Notes: a model not told the origin generated them from the sequence alone. A stretch of DNA of 63,024 bases, filler included, from Phoronis australis (GCA_002633005.1; 7 parts of 7 records of this genome joined end to end with filler, not necessarily neighbours in it), one strand, 5' to 3'; positions 13,627 to 27,085 are shown, counted from the first letter of the whole stretch. Translations and numbers: made by a program.

Positions 13627-13858
13627 GTTGCAAACACGTCTAATTCTGGTCAGCACATCACCTGTGGCCACATCGCATGACCTAATGAATATCATTCTGA
13701 GAAGATTTCTGCCCTAACTAGGACTCGAACCCCGGATCTCGTGCTAGGCATGCAGATGATCTTATCTTTTTAATCACATGATATGACCACTGGTTGCTTG
13801 ATGACCAGACTTATGAATATTTGTGATACACATGTCCACGCAGGCTTAAGATTTATAT
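13627..13858 (-). mobile_element. Short insertion with a tRNA-like (Pol III B-box) core, internal inverted repeats and a 10-bp TSD
   Basis: Direct repeat AGTCTGGCTA at 13617-13626 and 13859-13868; minus-strand GGTTCGAGTCC (13721-13731); imperfect IRs at 13646-13680 and 13774-13808. Confidence 0.6.
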
Positions 13859-16800
13859 AGTCTGGCTATGAGTATCAGTCTTTACACTTAGAGAGTATCT
13901 TCGGAGTATTTGCATCTCTCAATACTCACAGTGTGTTAAGTTGAATAGGGATCATGTTTCTCTATTTTTTCATTTAAAGTCAAGCAGCCATGGTTTCATA
14001 GGGCCAATAAACTGCTGAACCAAGGAAAAAACAAGATAGGTTCTCGGATGATTTCCGGCACAATGGATGACTCAGGGTTGTTTGTAAATTAGTACTGTCT
14101 TCATTTGCATATTGACATTTTAATGAGACTATGCATCTTTAAGAGCCATCCAAGACCCGAGAAGTCATTAAACTGTGGCTGCTGAAATCAGCCAACCAGG
14201 TGATCCGAAATACTAGACATTATCTTTTCTAATACGACTAAAGTAATTTTATTTCATAAGTAATGTCGTACAGTATTTCTTTTATTGTTCAAATTAATTA
14301 TCATTGATGCCTAACAGTGTCTGTCTAAATGATAACAGAAGATATGTCTGATCGATCCCAATCCCCTGAATATTACATCTGCTTTCGCCGTCGGGTTATA
14401 GTGCTATAATGATTAGACGTAAATTAGACTACTCTTTACGGGCAACCTCTGAGGAGAGCGTTGAATTTGTACTGTTTATTGGCTTCGCTAGCAAGTCTAC
14501 AACTTCATAGATACAGGTATTGAATTTTGTCTCACTAATGCGTAATATTGACTTTTACTCTCAATAATTTACTTTATAGCAACACAAGGCACAACCTGAA
14601 ACTCTCAATCCGGGCCAAATTTTCCGTTCAAAATGGTAAGCGGTAGCCAAGGTAGTTGTTAAATGTTATTTCCACTAATATAAAATAATACTTTAAACTC
14701 TGTAAGAAAACATCCCACATCCCGCGGGATATTCTCCGTTCCTTACCGCATTATTAACGATTTTTTTTCTCCGGCAGCATGTGATCCAATTCCCAAGGCA
14801 ATGAAATAAGTAACAGTCCACCAGCTCACAACACTAGGACAAGGGCAGGCACATTTTCACTGTCTGCTCGTTAGATAGTAACATTACCCCGTTATTTCAT
14901 TGCATACCTTAAATCCCTATAATTGCATTTAAGTCTTCGTAACGTAGCAGGCGGTCGAAAGCCGGTTCATAAAAAGTACACAGTCTTTAAAAAACACGTG
15001 TGAAGGATGTAGTAAAAACAATTGAACTGACAATAATCCAGTTTTTGTTTCCAAAACGCCCTGAGATGACTCAGAAATCGCACAGGTTCGTGCGTCGGGC
15101 GCGGGTATGGCAGTACACGGCGGTGCAAACGATCAGTTCAGGGGCCACACTGGGTTCAGCCCATTTGGAAGAATCGTGCTTCGACCCGCCGCGGAAACGG
15201 AGGTTTGATGAAGTTTTCTCCGACGTCTAAGTGCGTTTGATGAACAGAAACAATGTATTGTGTTGTACTATCGCTGGGAACGTGGTTGTCAGGCATATAT
15301 CGAGTGACCCTAGTTTCAATCCACAGGGCCGTAAGTACAGTACAGTAATTTTGGAACAGACAGGACATAAACAAGTATCATTTACCAGATATAAAATCCA
15401 GTTGGTATCACAATAATTAGATATCATCGTTCCTGGCATACATACGCCTACTCTTCATTCGACGAAATAAAATCGATATGGCAGCTATTCGCGACTGCAT
15501 GGGTTTGAGAGTCAGGGTAAAATAATTCGGCTATAGATTTACAATTCTAGAGGAATTCGTATTACTCGACATTATAAAAATAAATGGCAATTCAATGAAA
15601 GGTTATAATTACCACTCAGAAATGACAGCCCTGAAATCAGGACTGTCTGTAAACTGAGTAGACTCAGACTCGGCTTGCCTAGCCGAAGACGCTGGTGCGG
15701 GAGGGTCGAGTTGGTACGGCCTCAAATATGCAAAGTTTGCCGAAATGATGAGGTCTAACCCATTATCTGTTTCACCTATGGCCTGAGTCTCGGTTTCACC
15801 CCCATATCCAAAAGCGTCTTAATTATAATACTCGTCGAGCTCTATACTCTCCACCATTGCAAACGGGATACACTGTCAACTGATCAACATCTTCCACTGG
15901 CCGGGTGACATCAGGAGGCGGAAAATCAAAAATCGTTAATTTTTCTTTAAAATTTAAAATTCTTCCTTAAATATTTTCAAAAATGCGTGTTTCTTTAGTT
16001 ACATTTATGTTCTAAAGTTTTTATACATGGTCTAATACCTTAAAAAGTGCAAAAACAGTTGTAGGAATGCAATGTTGATGAATTAGTTTGACGTATACAA
16101 AAACTTGGGCATAAGATGCCTTGTTTCTTGGAGTTGAAGTGGCCTACGAAACTCCAAGAACGAAGATACGAAAGTAGGGAAAAACAGGCCAACCAATCCT
16201 GAGGACCTGTAAAGGAGACAGTACCATTTACACCTACAGTGACGATTCCATTTCTACTTCACGCCGAGTCGATATGAAGGAAACCTCGGTTCCTTGCTGT
16301 GCGGTTCTCCGTCGTCTTCAGTTCGCCAATCAACCAACATGCTCAGCTGCTCGCTCGCACATACCATCGGTCTTCCTTTCATGTTGGCGGAAGCGGCTCT
16401 GTCGATGTCGTGGGGGAAGATACATTTTTCGTTGAATCGAGATTCAAACACATTTACCTTCACTCAGGATGCCCTGGTTGTACAAAGTCTCGATGTTGAT
16501 GTTCTAGCAGCCATTCCATTTCTCGCCCCTGTCCATCCCGCGAAACAACGCGATGTACACGTAGTTCAATAAACATCGAAAAAAACGAGGATTTAACTGC
16601 CGTGGTGTTATGAAATCAAAAAAATTGTAGCCGAGAGAACTGTCGAACTGACGGACTCCCTGGACGAGCAAGTCGACGCCTAGGGGATAGATCGTACCAA
16701 TCGAACCACAAGATCCTCCAAAGTATTTGATATGAATTGTAGTTTTAGCTCCCACAGAAGGTACTACATGTAATTACAGAATAGCGGAGGCATGATAGTT

Positions 16801-18498
16801 GATCATGTGTAAAATCACGGGAACTTTACATGTATATTCTTCTTTTGAAAACGTACGCTGTAGGTAAGAAAGCGACTTCTAGCCATTCGCTGGCCTAAGA
16901 ACGAGATGTAAACGAACTTCAGATAACAGTCAATCACAGAGAAGCTTGGAACCAGTGAGCACATTATGCAGTGACGAAATTGATGAGAGCATAACGTCCG
17001 TGAATATCGACCAGCATAACTTTCCCAGTGAAGTGACCGAATGATTGCTGAAATCTCTTTGTTACATGCATTGTGTAAGAGACGTATGTTCAAAAAAAGG
17101 ATCAATACGCTCCAGTGGGGAAATCGCCAAAACGGGTTTTTCCTTAAAGTAGCATGGAACGTGAAAAAACAGACTGTATTGCATTATCCAAAGGATAATC
17201 TACCACTAAAACAGAAGCTAAATTGATATTTTTACGGTTTGTTCGTAAAGATTTAGACTTTTTGTATATGTCAACGCTATTTTCCCATAGTTTCAAATTT
17301 CAATAAACGACCTGTCAACTGCTCGTCACTTCGTCGATTTTTCTTTCACAACGCAAGACACGTCTCCTTGTTAGGCATGCAACAAGAGATAAACGTAACA
17401 CATTCACCTTATATGGAAATGTGACCTTTGTCCGTCGATGTAAACGAAACGATGGCGATTTCATGCAGCAGTCAATCTGCCTTCTTTGAGCGCATACTGA
17501 GAATTTGAAAACTATTGGGGCGAAAGATTTTATATTTCGTTTGTGTTTTAAAAATGTTGAATCTGACAATATTTTTCTAGAAATTCTAGCAAAATTTAAA
17601 GCAAATAACTGTCATGTTTGCATCCCCAAGGAGTAGATTCGCCACTGTCTGCTTGAAAGCTATTTTTATTAGTTATCGCGTTCCATGCCTCTTTGATTTA
17701 TCACTCAGACCACCGATACCGCCTTCTCTGTCCCAAGCAAAACTTTCTTTTACAAAAACAATGCTGACGATAACTGGACTCAGTTGCACTGCTAGTGGCC
17801 ACGTAAAACCCTGTGATGTTTTACCGAATCCATTCTTCACATAGGTGTATATCTAAACTATGACTGCTCCGCGGGGAGGGGGCATGCAATGCGAGTTTGC
17901 ACGAACACAGTCATGGGAAAATTGTTATTCTTCCCGTTATCACTAATTCTACCCTTATCGCCAACAGCTGCCCTCGGTCATCACCGATTGCACCCTCGGC
18001 ATTTTTGGTTGTACGATGAACTCATTGTGAACATCTATTAGTTTTATACTATTTACAAAAATTTTCCTTAATTATTTGCCATTGAGACGAGTTCGAAAAT
18101 CTTAGGCTAGAGGGAACTGTACCGACCGGGCAGCTCAAATTATTAGGACACATTTCAGCTCAGGGTATCGAGCAGAAAGTATAAGAATTGATAATAGAGC
18201 TTGGTGGCAGACTTTGCCAATGCTTTAGGTACTGCATTGATTGTGAAGTCTACTATTATACCGAAAAAGCTACGAATAACAAAAATAATTATGATACTGG
18301 GAGGCAATCAAATTTTCCAGAAGGCAACCACTGAAACGGTCTACCAGCGCTGGTTTCCTATGTCTCTTTTCCTTTTTGTCGTGTCAGGAGGTGGATGGGA
18401 GAGGGCAATGTGCTGTAGAAATTTGTTGTCGCAGCATCGGTCACTTTGCGTTTCACTTTGTAAGGTTATGGATCTTCGGGGATAGAGAGCCTCAATTA

Positions 18499-19697
18499 GT
18501 TAAAGGAGCATGACACCCAAAAAACAACCTAATTTGTATCAATTTAGATCGAGTAGTTCTACTCCATAACGACACGTACGGTTGCGTTACCTGACACCTG
18601 ACGGCAGACCGAGGTGTCGAAATTATCCAATGACGTCATCGGTTTCACACGCAGTCTGTTCAGCAGTTCACTCACAACACGGGTTACTGATGTCAGCTTA
18701 TCGCTTGAAGTCATCGTTTAACACCAATAAATCATCAAACTTCGATGTAAAGCCCTTGTTCTTATAAAAACGTGTTGTTTTATTTCGCTCTTACGGATTT
18801 ATTGGTATTTGGACACACCGTAGCCTACAAAGTTCGGCAGGCCAATAAGGTCCGTAGCAGGAGTTTGGGGTCNTGGGGTCTGTTCGGAGATAATTTCGAA
18901 GTATTTTCCGTGAGATACAGACAGGAGAACCTAGATCTGTGTTGTTTAGGCTTGTGATTTTTTCAGTTCTAAACACAAAACGCTTATTATCCCGGCCAGT
19001 GGCTCGGAAACTGATCAGACATCACGAACATAAACCAGCCAAAGTTCAGTGGAAACTAAACTTCCAGTCAAGAAAATACTATACTAGTGAGCCAAAGTAA
19101 TGTACACGTGATTATGTTGGTGAATTAGCCACAAAAGTGCATATCTACTTACTCGTCGTGGGCCGCGAATTCAGGCTCCGCTTTGGCCACAGCACCGTCA
19201 GGGCAGAAGTTGTACATTGACAATCATTGAGTAATGTAAATGTAAATATAGATTCCTCTAACACCTGGCCGTGTGATGGAAATCGAGTTGTTTCACAACA
19301 GTTTCTGCCAGCAAACACTATATTAGCATGAGCTCACACGGCCTCGGTGTCCGGTCAATTAGTTTTACTGCACCTAAAGCCGGTGACGAAGTGATTTATA
19401 CATTGCTGGCTTCTCAAATCATTTGCACTCACGAACACTCCAAAGGCATTGCAAATTGCATCTAATGAGACAGACTTTGTTTCAGTTTTATATAAGTATT
19501 GGTTAGGAGGAGAATAATTCATTTTGAAACAGAACGCTCAGTAATAAACGCCAACATGGCAACTCGCACTCCCGACTTAGGACGAGCTAGAGCTCACCAG
19601 TCCCGACTTCGCAGGTGGATCGTTAAAGGCCTATGGTCCGAGTTATAGAAGAAAAAACCTCTTAACGCCGTTTAAGCCGGTTTTTTGATGTGACATG
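18499..19697. mobile_element. Possible left part of a Kolobok-like non-autonomous element
   Basis: Begins TTAA|AGGAGCATGACAC, the TTAA-AGG terminus typical of Kolobok; right end not seen before the gap. Confidence 0.3.
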
Positions 19698-20027
19698 NNN
19701 NNNNNNNNNNNNNNNNNNNNNNNNNNNNNNNNNNNNNNNNNTTAATTAATTAANNNNNNNNNNNNNNNNNNNNNNNNNNNNNNNNNNNNNNNNNNNNGGT
19801 CAGTATATACACAATATATTCCGACCTTATAGCACAGGTAAGTCCAGAGCACGTCTTGATTGCAATGGTGGGAGATTCGAATTTTCAAACTTTAATGACG
19901 GATGTCTGCAGCCACACATCTGGTGGTGCTCTCTGCAAACTAAGCAGGTCTCTGTCGCTCTCAGACAGTTAGCGTCGTTCATCGTCAAGACTACAGTCGT
20001 GTGCAACTCTGGTCACACAACACCTGC

Positions 20028-20255
20028 GCTAAACTGAAGCTACTGTAAGTTCCCAAGTTACTGCTCATAATTTATAGGTTTGTTGAACGATTGTGAGAAC
20101 TGAAATTGACAACAATGAGTGCAGGATGATTAATCGACCTCCATGCGTAACCATTCATTGTCGTCAATTTCAGTTCCGATAACCTTTAAAAAACCTATGT
20201 GAAGAATTACTAGTATTGGCAGTAATTTGGGAACTTGGTGTAGCTTTACTTTGGC
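20028..20255. mobile_element. Hairpin MITE (~230 bp, almost entirely an imperfect inverted repeat)
   Basis: GCTAAACTGAAGCTAC..AAGTTCCCAAGTTACTGC…GAACTGAAATTGACAACAATGA is mirrored by TCATTGTCGTCAATTTCAGTTC…GCAGTAATTTGGGAACTT..GTAGCTTTACTTTGGC. Confidence 0.75.
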
Positions 20256-23022
20256 ATTAAAGGCATTACATGGCCCTGAATGCCACAGACGTGCAGGGCC
20301 AATAGTACACCCTCATAGTTACTCATTTCAAAATACAGCAAATAAAATCTAATGAAACATGCATATAGGAGCATGTATTTATATAATTAACACATACCAT
20401 GACTCTGGATACAATTTAGTCAACATAACTTGAACATATCCATGAATATTTTACGCGGTTCGCTCGACTTTCTCTCACCAAGTGCCATATTGAGGAAGTT
20501 ATATGAAATCACCCTTGTTAAGTCTAAGTGTGACCTGGTAAAAATCCCGAGACCATTGATTTTCATTCTTTCTTACAGCTAAGAGTCAAGGTTATAATTT
20601 ACTTTGGTAACCTCACCAACACTAGTTATACATAGCTTAGGAGAAATACTGAAAGGGAGGTAACTGCATTTTAGGCCATCTGTTACATACAGGTGACTGA
20701 TTCCTTCAAATATTGTTTGGTATACTTTTGTTTTCTCAACAAAAAGTAAATATGTTTCAACATTCCTGTTACAGCCATGAGCACTTCTTCGGTGAGCTAA
20801 AATTTTGCCCACATGTCACACTAGGATGACCTGGTGATTTCCATACTGCTGAGGGTGGTAATTACTTGTATGCCTATTTACTGTAACAGACTGGTTAGGT
20901 CATCCCAGTTGGCACTTGAATGCTTCTTATGGCTTCTGCTTGTGATCTTGTCTGGACATGTTTAGGAATGTAAATGCACTTATGAGAGGGCTTTGTGTTG
21001 GCCATTTATCTTTTTATCATTTTCTGTTTCAGCATATGACATTCTCAAAAACTCATATTTATGCAGTCACTGGTGTGGATCCAGAATGTCACTGGGTTAT
21101 CTGATTTTCTCCCTTGCTCAACCACTTTTTTGCTACTGAGGATGTACTTGGAATGTTCCTTAGACCCCTTCCCTTTCTCTGGTCATAATCTTGGATCGTT
21201 AGATATGGTTGATTCGCTGTTTGGAATTTGGCAATGATATATGTATCCAAAAATTCAAATGCACTGGTCCTTATGTGTCCAGTGTCATGCAAGCAAACAC
21301 ACTGTTGCTGGTGCCCATAAAATCAGCTGATGTTTATCAACTAAAAATAACTGCTGACTAATGGTGGTATTAGTGTGTATCTGGGGCAGCAGTGATATTT
21401 TCTTGATGACAGCAATGCAACTGAAGTGGGTTTTATTGCTTTTAAGTTGCAGAGCTTGGTTGAAGTTTGTGTCCATTATACATATCTTTTAAGACTTTGT
21501 GTCTGTCAACTCAGGTAATCATTTCGTAACTGCCCACTGGTAAGAGAGAATACAGAGCACTGCGTGAGAATGTTTAAAACAACACTGTGAAAAATACAAC
21601 CAATATGTTCTTTAATCATTTTGTTCAATTAGAGATGAAACCAATTACGGAAAAGTCTCATCACTGGGACACGATATGCCTGACAAGTTGAAGTTAAGAT
21701 TATTTTTCCATGAAAGATACCATATACCAGACAATGGTTTGAAAAATCATGTGCGTTCAAAACGGTGTTAGAAGCCCTTGAAAATGATTTGCTATACATT
21801 GAAGAAATCAAAAATCTCAAATTTGAGAAACCGAATGGATCTTAAGACCTGAACGTATCTCTCTGACATTTGCAAAAACTACTGTTCATAGCAAAAATTT
21901 ACCGGATGAAAGAAACTATAACAACGCACACTGTTAGTAGTCTTAGTGGCCAAATTAAATGTACAACTGAAGATAGATGCGTGCTTGCCTATGTCACTTT
22001 GATGTTGAAAAGTGTTAAAGTTAACTAATTTACAATAAATTCTTAACTGCAAATAACCCTGATTAACGAACAATTATCAGTTTTCCAAAATGTGTGGGAA
22101 ATTTCCATGTGATCGACTACATCACAAGAACCTGATATCTTAGCCACTAATAGTTGTCTGTAACTGAATATATTCTTTGGTTTAAGTGATCTGTTAAAAT
22201 ATATGAAATTTTGCAAATGTTTTTCTATGGATTTGATAACAGATGGCTATGACTTTTATTTGTATTGGCGTGTCGCTGTGCCATCTAGTGACAATTCTAT
22301 CCTCGTCAGAATATTACGAAAACAAAGTTGTTTTATTCACAAGTAACTGTCATCCAAAATATTCTTATTCTAATTCGTAGCATGTTCACCATATTGGCTT
22401 GATTGGAAATGTAAGTTTTACTTGTTTTGGAAGCAAGCAAGTAAAAATGCTTCATTCCAATTAAATGCTTCCCAAAGTTGCTGTATTCATTTTGCATATC
22501 AGGAAGTGACTGCATCAGGCAAAAGGCCAGGGGGATAACTACCGTTTCATTTTTAGTGTGTAGGTAACATCAAGGCTTGGAATTTTCCGCGGAAATGCGG
22601 ATTTCCGCTTTTTTCAAATGTTCTGTCCACGCTTTTTATTATAAACTGGTCACATACGTGAATGATATGCATCAGTCAGATACATTTGGTAACAAATAAG
22701 CGTCCCTTGTCGGTCTCGAACTTGCATGTTTGACCACAAGTGACACGAAACATTCCCAATTTTTTAAGCATAGATGTGATTTTTGATGGAGAATTTTATG
22801 TTCAGATCCTCATGGAAAGTTACGAGGAGCTGAAAATAACCCCTACATTTGTTTTGTATTAAAGTTCTCGTATTTGCTCTGCCTTAACCCAATTAAATTG
22901 TTGAATGCACACTGAATGAAGAAACTTAAATTGAAGGAATGATTTACCAGCAGATAATGCTTTACCAGTAAAGGATAGAGCTTAAGTCCCATCCACACAC
23001 AGCCTACCTTAGAACAATTTGC

Positions 23023-23300
23023 ACTAGTGCAACTTACCCCACTTTTAAGTGGAGCGTTCACACACACATATCCGATAACTTAGGTGAGGCGTTGTCGCTC
23101 TGTGCATGACAATGAACACCTAATGTGAGTACGACGCCAAAGAAACTCGTCTGTATATGTAACTGCAGCTGAAAATTACTTCAAACCTACCCCACTTTTG
23201 TGGCCACAGTGATTACAAGTGGCACAAGTTACACTAGAAAACGTTTCCCCACCTCGATAATGTGGAGTGAGTTGTCACAAGTGGGGTAAGTTGCACTAGT
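23023..23300. mobile_element. MITE with perfect 22-bp TIRs
   Basis: ACTAGTGCAACTTACCCCACTT at 23023-23044 and AAGTGGGGTAAGTTGCACTAGT at 23279-23300. Confidence 0.8.
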
Positions 23301-23742
23301 TTTAATAGTGTCCAGACAGCACTCAAATCTTATTCTACCAGGAATTACTTATTCTAGGGTAAGACTGCCTCTGGACGACACTTAATGTGTGATCCACTGC
23401 ATTAGATTTCAACTTCAATGCCTCCATCAATATTTTCCAATAGATGTTGCTTGAATGGAGCTTTGAAAAACAAGCTGCTCACCACAGGTGTAGATTCCAG
23501 GCAGGCCAAATGGACACCCTACCACTGATCTAAATGCCCTGGCAAGGATGCCCGAAGTATCATTTGGACGCCCACTGTCAATTGGAACCTTTCAAGTTTG
23601 GACTCACACATTGTAATGAACAGAGGAAGCCTATGGGGGCTCTTTTTTCAAAGCAGGAAGAAATATACAATGTATATACAAAGTATATACAATGTTGCTA
23701 TGCTCACACTTGGTTGATAGCATTGTAAAATCTTCTTGGTCT

Positions 23743-23955
23743 ACAGTTTTTTTAGTAAAAATGCTCACTACAGAAGGCTGTTTTGTAAACTTAGATGTAA
23801 AAACCTTGGTCTGTGCATTTTTTGTAAAATAATCTGTGTGGGGGTGGGGGGGNACAGTTTTTTTAGTAAAAATGCTCACTACAGAAGTCTGTTTTGTAAA
23901 CTTAAATGTGAAAACCTTGGTCTATGCATTTTTTGTAAAAAAATCTGTGTGTTTG
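23743..23955 (+). repeat. ~110-bp tandem duplication
   Basis: ACAGTTTTTTTAGTAAAAATGCTCACTACAGAAG…AATCTGTGTG occurs twice with several substitutions, joined at a G-run containing an N. Confidence 0.8.
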
Positions 23956-25676
23956 GGGGGATTGCTGGGGGTGGTGGGGTTACGCGTCGTAATCATGGAC
24001 GCCCTGGAATATTGGGAACCCCATTTTGGACACCCTATTTTCGAAATCCTGGATAAAGGCCTGATTCCAGGATTACAAGAGTTCCTGCATAGAACTGAAA
24101 ATTAACTCCACAAAAATAAGGAATTTGATTGCTGGGAAATTTTTTTGTATTTTCTTTAATTTTATTGATGCCCATGAGGAACCTGTATTACTGTCAAACG
24201 AAACAATTTTTTCGTTAGGTACCAAAGACTGCTGTTAATGAGATATTGGTACTAAAACCATGTCTTCTCAAATTTACTTAATAATTTACATGCATATTTT
24301 TGCTACTTGACTCCTTTTCTCAAAATTTTCACCATGTGAATAAAACAGTGTTATGTTATGTTTCTGATAATGCAAACTTAGAAACTTAGAAATTATTTTA
24401 AATGGACATTGAAAATCAATTGTTTCTAGGCGTTTAAAGAAATTTCTTGCCTTTGTCGTTTTTGTTACAAAAACCCACAAGACACCTAAGATATAGTAGG
24501 CTTACTTCTTTTATGCATTTACAAAATACTGGAAATTAAATGCAACAATTGCATTGAAATTCAAGGGCTTTAAAACCATCATTATTGTAAGATTTCACCA
24601 ATTTTGGACAAAACAAATTGCTAAAATCGCCCGTTTTCGTTTTTCAAGGCCTTCTAGTACTGTTGTGAATGTCCTCAACTTCTTAAAACTTTGTCAGAGG
24701 ATAGCTATAATGTACAAAACTTAAACATTGAAAACTATTAATATGGTACAGCACTGTGTTGGCCATATTGTGTCCTAAATGAGTGACATTTTGTCATTCG
24801 GTGGTGTAACGGGCATACATTTACATTCTGCAATCCCAAATTGTCCTATATTTTGCTGATAGCATTTACCAATAAGTTAAAAGAGCATCTGAGGTTACTT
24901 TGAGTTTGATAAAGAACTTTTTTTGTAATAAAACGTTTTAGTACTTTTTGTGACAACCGTGCAGTAGTACCGTGTCTTCAAACCGTCCTTTAAATGTGAA
25001 AGACCACTCGTACTTGACATATCAAATAATATTTTTACTTTAAGACATCTCTGGCGTTTTGGGATTGCGCAAAATCGATAAAGTTGTAAAATTGCCAATT
25101 ACAAAAATTTAAGAAATATGAGAGGGTCACTTCAGAAAAACATGGGTATGGGTTAATTGACCCATTGCGCCTCAAGTCTATAAGCCAATTTGAAGGACTT
25201 ATGGGCCATGGTAGTTGTCCATTTTCGCATCCAATTTTAACGATTTATTGAACAGAGTTCAGCAATCACAGTGCGTCATTGAAATAAGTTTTTCATCAAA
25301 GACTCAGGGCGGGGTGCCTAAAGTTATCCATGCATGTGCAAACATCAGGGTACTTTTGTCAGGTAACCCTATAAGGAAAAATAAAGTTGTAGAAAAATTT
25401 CTGAAGCAAAACGGTTTGACCTTTCAGGTGAGATGAAAATCATTTAGATAGCTGCAATTTTCATTTTTTGTTTGTGGATTAATTTTTTCCCAGAATTGCC
25501 CAAANNNNNNNNNNNNNNNNNNNNNNNNNNNNNNNNNNNNNNNNNNNNTTAATTAATTAANNNNNNNNNNNNNNNNNNNNNNNNNNNNNNNNNNNNNNNN
25601 NNNNAGTGCCTATAAATTGAGCGACTCCGTGTTTCAAATCATTCGACGATATTTTCGCAGAACGGAACACACCAAA

Positions 25677-26045
25677 ATGGAACAGACTAAAATGCATCCA
25701 CTTGGCAGGAACATATTTGTAACCGTGCAGGACTTCAAGGGTCGTAAAGTGGTACACATTCGACGTTATGACGAAGACAACCCTCGACCGGGCGTACTTT
25801 TCCCGACAAAGACTGGAATCTGTCTCACTGAAGGTGAATACGAGAAACTCAAGGGATTCATTGAGATCGTGAACGAAGACCTGAAAAAAATTAAAGAAAA
25901 AAACAGTGTGCCTACCAAGAAACGTAAAACGACCGCTCCTCCAAACCTACCGATTTTGAACCCAGCGCAAGGAGCAGAGAACAAATGCGCGTTTGAAATA
26001 CGGAATTGGACCGACAACGCTACCGACAGCCAAGAACTCTTTTGA
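25677..26045 (+). CDS. PC4/Sub1-like ssDNA-binding protein (122 aa), element-borne
   Basis: LGRNIFVTVQDFKGRKVVHIRRY…LFPTKTGICLTEGEYEKLK matches the PC4 pattern (V.V..FKG...V.IR.Y…P.K.GI.L...Q(W/Y)..L); intronless, ATG in CAAAATGG context, TATAAA at 25611. Confidence 0.85.
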   Translation: MEQTKMHPLGRNIFVTVQDFKGRKVVHIRRYDEDNPRPGVLFPTKTGICLTEGEYEKLKGFIEIVNEDLKKIKEKNSVPTKKRKTTAPPNLPILNPAQGAENKCAFEIRNWTDNATDSQELF

Positions 26046-26298
26046 ACCGAAGTGACCCAGCAAACGATATAGACGGAGGCGGTAACATAGCGCAACAGAC
26101 GGTGAATGGAACTGCTAAGAGACACTAAATTTAAATATCTGATTAATGTTGCACTGATCTGAATACTGTGTTAGTCAAGATTTGATAACGATAAAATGAA
26201 TCAATTGTTGAAATCGTTTCCATTGTTGTTCTTGTAACCCGTACAAAATTAATGTAAGTAACTCCTATCGTTCAGTCTGTCACGAGATACAGCGTAGC

Positions 26299-26487
26299 AT
26301 GGACGTGAGACTCGCTCACCCGTTCACATCGAGTGGAAAAACTCAATGGACCATGCGACTTTTGCAAAACGCCACTACGATGATTCATCCTCCCCCGTAC
26401 ACTGTGACATATTGTTTCGGCGAATATCAAGATATATTTGCTAATTTGACCCACGTCCACTTTGTCGAAGGGTTGCCCGAACTTTAA
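26299..26487 (+). pseudogene. Truncated Polinton/adintovirus FtsK/A32-like packaging ATPase (N-terminus)
   Basis: MDVRLAHPFT-SSGKTQW..RLL…MIHPPP..VTYCFGEYQ..F…VHFVEGLP matches the Polinton ATPase start (HPFT…GPxxxGKT…PPP..I.YCYGEWQ…EGLP); the first half of Walker A is deleted and the ORF stops after 62 aa. Confidence 0.8.
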
Positions 26488-26952
26488 TATATAGACGTTC
26501 ATTTATTGGCGACGCGTGTGCATGTGCCCAGTTGTTTGGTTCGAAACGCACGTAATGAACCTAGTAACAAGAAACACACGTTTGGTGAAATTTATTAAAG
26601 TATCCAGCACACTATTGAATTGCAAAATTCGCAAACGGGTTCAAATTGTACTTAATCAACCCTAGCGTTTGTCAGTCCAGTTTACGCAATGATTATGTAA
26701 GATTTGCCAAAGCTCAGACGTTGCTATGTTTATATTTGTGAACGAAAACTTCACGTCACACTTCGCATTCATCTACTTTTATTCAATTTTGTATGTCGTT
26801 AGTAATACTCGGTTAAACCTGAAAAGTTTCTTTTCTCTCTTAGTTGGTCAGGCTATTCCCAACACTATACCTACCTGTAAGAGAGGTGCGCGTTCACCTA
26901 CTTTTATCCCAAACGACAAGTGTTCGACGACGGCGTCACCACTGGACCTTTG

Positions 26953-27085
26953 AACATTTAATTCGGACATTTGATCAGTTTGCTATAGACTACTTTTCCG
27001 AAGGTTTTGATGATTTTAACATTTAATTCGGACATTTGAACAATTTGCTATAGACTATTTTTCTGAACGTTTTGATGATTTTATA
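26953..27085 (+). repeat. ~65-bp direct tandem duplication inside the Polinton end
   Basis: AACATTTAATTCGGACATTTGA..A.TTTGCTATAGACTA.TTTTC.GAA.GTTTTGATGATTTTA occurs twice. Confidence 0.8.

Noticed and set aside
13709-13770. Functional tRNA gene
   Set aside because: Only the T-arm/B-box is good; the D-arm/A-box and acceptor stem are not convincing, and it lies in a TSD-flanked insertion.
16462-16521. MEWLLEH UBA-like peptide on the minus strand
   Set aside because: The ORF is only 19 codons and lacks the rest of the UBA domain; probably chance.
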